Shown here one piece after another: positions 23,843 through 28,285 of a stretch of DNA of 28,285 nt (position 1 is the first letter of the stretch; every line of letters begins with the position of its first letter). The position numbers and the translations under genes are program-made. The notes beneath the pieces are model-generated. The model ran no database searches, was not told the origin of the DNA, and worked only from the letters and a program-made list of their open reading frames with translations. The DNA lies in the IMG/VR virus record IMGVR_UViG_3300020045_007939, positions 1 through 28,285 of that record, one strand, 5' to 3'. This DNA is from a virus (lineage: Duplodnaviria > Caudoviricetes).

Positions 23843-24130
23843 ATGATGAAAAAATTTAGCGTTAATTACACGATTTCCGGCCGCGCATCCGCAATTATCA
23901 TGGCGGAATCCAAGGAGGAAGCGGAGGCCAAGGTTGATGCCGAAGTCAATGCAGACGATTTCGACATGGACCTTGACGAGATTTATTCTGTTGACACCCA
24001 CATTCAGGAAATGCACCCAGTAACGCGCGGCGGAAAAGAAATCTGGACTACTTACATAATGCCGGACGACGTTCGCGGGCATCGTTCCGCGCTCGATACG
24101 GCGCCGCTGTTTGCGGCGGCAGCCAAATGA
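23843..24130 (+). CDS. Hypothetical protein
   Basis: GGGGGA RBS; 95 aa. Confidence 0.7.
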   Translation: MMKKFSVNYTISGRASAIIMAESKEEAEAKVDAEVNADDFDMDLDEIYSVDTHIQEMHPVTRGGKEIWTTYIMPDDVRGHRSALDTAPLFAAAAK

Positions 24131-24279
24131 GCAACCTAACTGGATCGACCCGCTTCAAGACGTTGTTTCTTGAGGGAACCATGTACGTCGTTCTGGAGGT
24201 TGAAACGTCTGATGGTTGGCGTCTTGCCACCCCATCAGACGTTCGACAGAAGCCGGTAATCATCGGGAACATAGCATGA
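24127..24279 (+). CDS. Hypothetical small protein (50 aa, not in ORF track)
   Basis: ATGA overlaps at both ends; MSNLTGSTRF...GWRLATPSDV. Confidence 0.6.
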   Translation: MSNLTGSTRFKTLFLEGTMYVVLEVETSDGWRLATPSDVRQKPVIIGNIA

Positions 24280-25217
24280 CACCCATCCCGCGCGCGACAA
24301 CGCCAACCCTGGCCGCCATTCAGGCGGCCATAGAAGACCACGCCGAAGATTGGGAATCCGTAGGCGTGGCGGCCGGCGATATCGGCACGGAATGCGACCG
24401 CGCAATATGGTTGGCTTTCCGCCGCGCGTCCGTTCCGGAGAAAATAGACTGGCGCAAGCGGCGGATATTCGAGCGCGGTAACATCGAGGAAGAGCGCCTG
24501 CTTGACCTGTTGCGCGCTATCGGCTGCGAAGTTTGGGGCCAGCAAGACCGCGTGCGCGCCGGCGGCGGACATCTGCGCGGCAAGATCGACGGACTAACCG
24601 TCGGGCTGCCGGAAGCGCCCGTTGCGCACCATGTCGTAGAATGCAAGTCATCCAATGCGGCCGGCTTTCGCGATATGGTCAAAAACGGCGTCAAGGAATC
24701 CAAGCCGCCGCATTACGCAACGATGCAGTTTTACATGCATCAAAAAGGCTTGGACCGCGCACTTTACATGATGTCGTGCAAGGATACCGAAGACTTGCAC
24801 ATCGAAAGGGTGCGCCTTGACATAGAGGCGGCCACACGCGCGGAAATGCGTATCGAGCGCATCATTGCGTCACCGGAGCCGCCATCGCGCTTGTGCGGCA
24901 AGCGTGACGATTTCCGCGGCAAGTTTTGCCGCCAGGCGGAAGTCTGTTGGGGCGAGGTTCTGCCGCGGTCACATTGCCGGTCTTGTCTTCACGCAACGCC
25001 GCTACTTGACGGGAACGCTGGCTGGGATTGCGCACGCTGGAATAAGCCGCTGTCGTTGTCCGAGCAGGACGCGGGCTGTGAAGCCCATTTGTACATCCCG
25101 CCAATGCTTGCCGACCGCGACCAAATTGAAGTCGATGAAGAAAACGAGACAGTCACGTATAGGCTTGCCGATGGCAGCTTGTGGGTTGATGGCGCAAAGA
25201 ATGGAGCAACTACATGA
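24276..25217 (+). CDS. Cas4-like PD-(D/E)XK exonuclease
   Basis: IGTECDRAIW, FERG, GKIDG, VECKS, QFYM, C-terminal Cys cluster. Confidence 0.88.
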   Translation: MTPIPRATTPTLAAIQAAIEDHAEDWESVGVAAGDIGTECDRAIWLAFRRASVPEKIDWRKRRIFERGNIEEERLLDLLRAIGCEVWGQQDRVRAGGGHLRGKIDGLTVGLPEAPVAHHVVECKSSNAAGFRDMVKNGVKESKPPHYATMQFYMHQKGLDRALYMMSCKDTEDLHIERVRLDIEAATRAEMRIERIIASPEPPSRLCGKRDDFRGKFCRQAEVCWGEVLPRSHCRSCLHATPLLDGNAGWDCARWNKPLSLSEQDAGCEAHLYIPPMLADRDQIEVDEENETVTYRLADGSLWVDGAKNGATT

Positions 25218-25765
25218 CACCAGACAACGACAACCGGCCGCAATGGTACGACTACGAGATTTCCGCGCGCATGCCGTTCATGCGCAAGATGGCGAACCGC
25301 ATGACAACGCCGGACAAGGCAGACGAACTTATCGGCGACACATATGTGCTCGCGTTGAGCCAGTGGAAAAAATACAATCAAGAATTTAAAATAGGTACAT
25401 GGCTTGTTGTTCTGATGCGCCACGCGAGGCGCGACACGCAACAGAAGGCTGGGCGCAAAATGCGATCCGCTCGCATGGTGTCTATTGATGATTTTGACCG
25501 CGGAGTTCCTGCCACGCAAGAAGACTATGTGGAGTTGTCGCAAACAATATCAGCTATCCAAAAAGGACGCGGTGGTGATGTGCTTTTGCGCTACGCGATG
25601 GGGGATGAGCTTAAGGAAATTGGAGACGAAACAGGGCTAAGTCGGGAACGCGTCAGGCAGATTAAACAGGCGGCGCTTTCCAAGCTTAACGCGGCGCTTG
25701 TGCCGCTTCGCGACCGGGTGGCTGACAATGACAACGAGGCCGCGCGTGAACGGGTGGAGGCGTGA
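25214..25765 (+). CDS. Sigma-70/ECF-like transcription factor
   Basis: Region 2-like ADELIGDTY...GTWL; region 4 ELKEIGDETGLSRERVRQI. Confidence 0.8.
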   Translation: MTPDNDNRPQWYDYEISARMPFMRKMANRMTTPDKADELIGDTYVLALSQWKKYNQEFKIGTWLVVLMRHARRDTQQKAGRKMRSARMVSIDDFDRGVPATQEDYVELSQTISAIQKGRGGDVLLRYAMGDELKEIGDETGLSRERVRQIKQAALSKLNAALVPLRDRVADNDNEAARERVEA

Positions 25766-26169
25766 TGCGGCTAGTGGTTACTGGCGGGAGGAACTTCACT
25801 GACACAAGGCGCATATTTTCGGCGCTTGACGAACTGCATTCCCGCCTTCACATCGCCTTGCTGATTGAGGGAGAGGCGCCAGGTCTTGACACTCGCGCTA
25901 GAGTTTGGGCCGTTAGAAACGGAGTCACAGTGCAGCCTTGCCCAGCGCCATGGGACGAAGTTGACCATCCTGATGCTGTAGTGCGCTATACGCGCGGCGG
26001 TAAGCCATACGATGCAAGAGCAGGAACGCGCCGCAACCAACAAATGATAGACGACCACAAGCCGGATTATGGTCTCGTGTTTCCGGGTGGATCTGGAACT
26101 GCTGACATGCGGTCGCGCATAGTCGCAGCCGGAATCCCATTTGAGGATGTTGAAAATGCTCCAGCTTAG
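25762..26169 (+). CDS. SLOG family (DUF2493/YspA-like) protein
   Basis: LVVTGGRNF, IEGEAPGLD, AGTRRNQQM, FPGGSGTADM. Confidence 0.85.
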   Translation: MMRLVVTGGRNFTDTRRIFSALDELHSRLHIALLIEGEAPGLDTRARVWAVRNGVTVQPCPAPWDEVDHPDAVVRYTRGGKPYDARAGTRRNQQMIDDHKPDYGLVFPGGSGTADMRSRIVAAGIPFEDVENAPA

Positions 26170-27865
26170 AGATTATCAACGTGCCAGCCTAGACGAGCTT
26201 TACGCCTACTGGTCCGAAGGCGGTGGCAACGGCTTGATTGTGCTGCCGACCGGCGCAGGCAAAGCCCTCGTTATTGCCAAGCTTATCGAAGAACTGCTTG
26301 CCGACTATCCTGATATGCGGATTGCCAACATTACGCACAGCAAAACGCTAGTCGAGCAAAACTACAGGGAATTTATCGGGCTGGCGCCGTTCGCGCCGGC
26401 CGGCATTTATTCTGCTGGGCTTGGTCGACGCGACCACAATGCGCAGGTGCTGTTTGGGGGTATCCAGTCAATCTACAACAAGACTGACGTTCTCGGCCAC
26501 ATTGACCTTGTGATTGTTGACGAGGCACAGGCCATAAGCCGCAAGTCAGACAGCCAGTACGGCGCGTTCTTTGAGGGAGTGCGCGCCGTCAATCCGGACA
26601 GCCGTGTTATCGGCCTTACCGCCACAGATTACCGGCTGGATAGCGGCCGACTGACCGAAGGCGACGACCGTCTGTTTGATGATGTGGTCTATGAAATCGG
26701 CATCGGTGAGCTTATCGAAAAAGGCTATTTGTCGCCGCTTTCCAGCAAGACCGGAAGCGTGGTTATTGACACCGGAAGCGTCGGAAAGCGCGGCGGCGAG
26801 TTCATTGCCGGAGAGCTTGAGCGCGCCGCCGATAAAGATGAAATCACTATCGGCGCGGTGTCGGAAGCCATTTCGCGCGGAGGCGACCGGCGAGCGGCGC
26901 TGTTCTTCTGCTCCGGCCAGGACCATAGCGAACACGTCCGCGATGAAATCCGCCGGCAGGGCAGAACGGCGGAAAGTTTGACGAGCCGCGTGCCGCCCGG
27001 CGAGCAAGCGCGGATTATACGCGATTTCAAGGCCGGCAATGTTTGGGCGCTGTGTTCGGCCAACATGCTTACGACCGGATTCAATACACCGCACGTTGAC
27101 CTTATTTCGCTTTTGCGGCCGACAGCGTCAACCGGCTTATATGTCCAGATGCTAGGTCGCGGCACACGCTTGGCGCCAGGCAAAGCCGATTGCCTAGTGC
27201 TTGACCATAGCGGCAACGTCGCCCGCCATGGCCCGGTTGACATGGTGCGGCCAAAAATACCGGGCAAAGGCGACGGCACGCCACCGCAAAAGATTTGCCC
27301 GCCAGATATCGCCGATATTACGGGAAAGTTTGGGTGCGAAGAAATCCTGCTGATTTCATGCATGACGTGCACATGCTGCGGCTATGTCTTCCCGCCAAAC
27401 GAGGAGGAAAAAATAACAGCGCGCGCCGACGATGCGCCTGTGCTTTCGACCGAAAAACCGTGGTCCACCGTTACCGGCCGCCGGTTCTGGCATCATCCCG
27501 GCAAGCCGGACGCGGCAGGCAAGATGAAGCCGGACACGGTTAAGGTTGCATACACGGTCGGCCTTGGGCGGGTGGTAAATTCGTGGCTTTGCCCGGCGCA
27601 TCCGGCGGGCGGATTTGCAAAGACAAATGCCGATCGCTGGTGGATATCGCATGGCGGCGCGAGGCCAGCGCCGGCCGATGTGCTTGAGTGGCTTGGCCGC
27701 GCTGGCGAACTGCAGGACACGGCCGAAGTGCAACTTAACTACGGGAGAAACCCAAAGTACCCAGATGTGCGTCAATATCGCGTTGCGCCTGTTACGTCGG
27801 CGCCGGTTGCTGTAACGACGCGTGCGTCGTTGTCCGCGGCAATGCGCGACGAAGTACCGTTTTAA
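26156..27865 (+). CDS. SF2 DNA helicase (RadD/YejH-like) with Zn finger
   Basis: LRDYQ, PTGAGK, DEAQ, LTAT, LTTGFN, QMLGRGTR, Cys cluster. Confidence 0.92.
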   Translation: MLQLRDYQRASLDELYAYWSEGGGNGLIVLPTGAGKALVIAKLIEELLADYPDMRIANITHSKTLVEQNYREFIGLAPFAPAGIYSAGLGRRDHNAQVLFGGIQSIYNKTDVLGHIDLVIVDEAQAISRKSDSQYGAFFEGVRAVNPDSRVIGLTATDYRLDSGRLTEGDDRLFDDVVYEIGIGELIEKGYLSPLSSKTGSVVIDTGSVGKRGGEFIAGELERAADKDEITIGAVSEAISRGGDRRAALFFCSGQDHSEHVRDEIRRQGRTAESLTSRVPPGEQARIIRDFKAGNVWALCSANMLTTGFNTPHVDLISLLRPTASTGLYVQMLGRGTRLAPGKADCLVLDHSGNVARHGPVDMVRPKIPGKGDGTPPQKICPPDIADITGKFGCEEILLISCMTCTCCGYVFPPNEEEKITARADDAPVLSTEKPWSTVTGRRFWHHPGKPDAAGKMKPDTVKVAYTVGLGRVVNSWLCPAHPAGGFAKTNADRWWISHGGARPAPADVLEWLGRAGELQDTAEVQLNYGRNPKYPDVRQYRVAPVTSAPVAVTTRASLSAAMRDEVPF

Positions 27866-27869
27866 CCTA

Positions 27870-27898
27870 AATAACCATCTTGACAAATTTGTCATTGT
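27870..27898 (+). promoter_or_regulatory. Palindromic operator/promoter element copy 6
   Basis: AATAACCATCTTGACAAATTTGTCATTGT directly after helicase stop. Confidence 0.75.
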
Positions 27899-27939
27899 GT
27901 GGGAAAAGGTTGGCAGGAAAACTAAAAAGGAGATTATGC

Positions 27940-28194
27940 ATGGAAAGAAGAAGTGATGAACCGGCGTTTCCGAATAAGTACAACAAGGGAATGACGCTGC
28001 GTGACTATCTCGCGGCGCATGCCGATATCGCCGGCTTGGAGTTCCCATCCGTAGCAAGCGCGGCTCGCACTCTTGGGATAGATGTCGTTGATGAAACAGA
28101 CACCAGAGAGATGGTTTATTTTGCAGCTAAAGTGTCGGCCAAGTTGAGCTACATCTACGCCGACGCCATGCTTGCCGCGCGTGGTGCACAATGA
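27940..28194 (+). CDS. Conserved-type phage hypothetical protein
   Basis: PAFP...GMTLRDYLAA...ADAMLAAR; AGGAG RBS. Confidence 0.8.
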   Translation: MERRSDEPAFPNKYNKGMTLRDYLAAHADIAGLEFPSVASAARTLGIDVVDETDTREMVYFAAKVSAKLSYIYADAMLAARGAQ

Positions 28195-28285
28195 CCGCCA
28201 ACCCGCGCGCCGTAATTGGCGGCAACCTGCCGCCGCACCTTGCTGCATTTCAAGCCATCGATGACCTGCTTGACGCGGCCAAAAA
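28191..28285 (+). CDS. Phage protein, partial (runs off window)
   Basis: ATGA overlap; MTANPRAVIGGNLPP, open to window end. Confidence 0.6.
   Translation, partial: MTANPRAVIGGNLPPHLAAFQAIDDLLDAAK

Larger units (their letters stand above)
1..28285. mobile_element. Temperate bacteriophage genome segment, probably non-integrated form (phage genes on both sides of attP)
   Basis: Lysis, integrase/attP, repressor, recombination and replication genes in dense overlapping operons; no host housekeeping synteny. Confidence 0.95.

Noticed and set aside
24276-25217. Cas4 as part of a CRISPR or the guide-RNA system
   Set aside because: Sits in the usual Sak4-SSB-exonuclease-helicase phage module, about 6 kb from the array
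26519-26530. DEAQ instead of DEAH in the helicase as a sign of inactivation
   Set aside because: The catalytic DE and all other motifs are intact; the fourth position varies in helicases

Overview
This window is part of a temperate phage genome. The host is probably an alphaproteobacterium (Rhizobiales-like), inferred from gene content and promoter style. From left to right it holds: a minus-strand lysis/tail-accessory block (GH19-like endolysin, holin-like genes); accessory and nucleotide-metabolism genes; xis-like and tyrosine integrase genes with an intact attP matching the 5' half of tRNA-Ser(GCT); a leftward early operon; a LexA/S24 repressor with flanking operators; a second XRE repressor/cro-like switch; and a recombination/replication block (Sak4-like ATPase, DUF669 SSB-like protein, beta clamp, Cas4-like exonuclease, sigma-like factor, SF2 helicase). 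The main finding is at 15896-18034. Eight hairpin-enclosed units have the exact layout GCCA-[9 nt]-CG(A/T)AAnCCn-[9 nt]-CG. They lie in three clusters around an unknown gene and a nuclease-less IS110/Nop-domain gene, which fits a stem-loop TIGR-Tas-like (TasA-type) RNA-guided system under the phage repressor switch. Other notable signals: an ssrA-tag-like ANDN peptide recurs in many unrelated proteins, and a 14-bp palindrome over -35 boxes occurs six times. All calls come from reading motifs by eye; no database searches were run.
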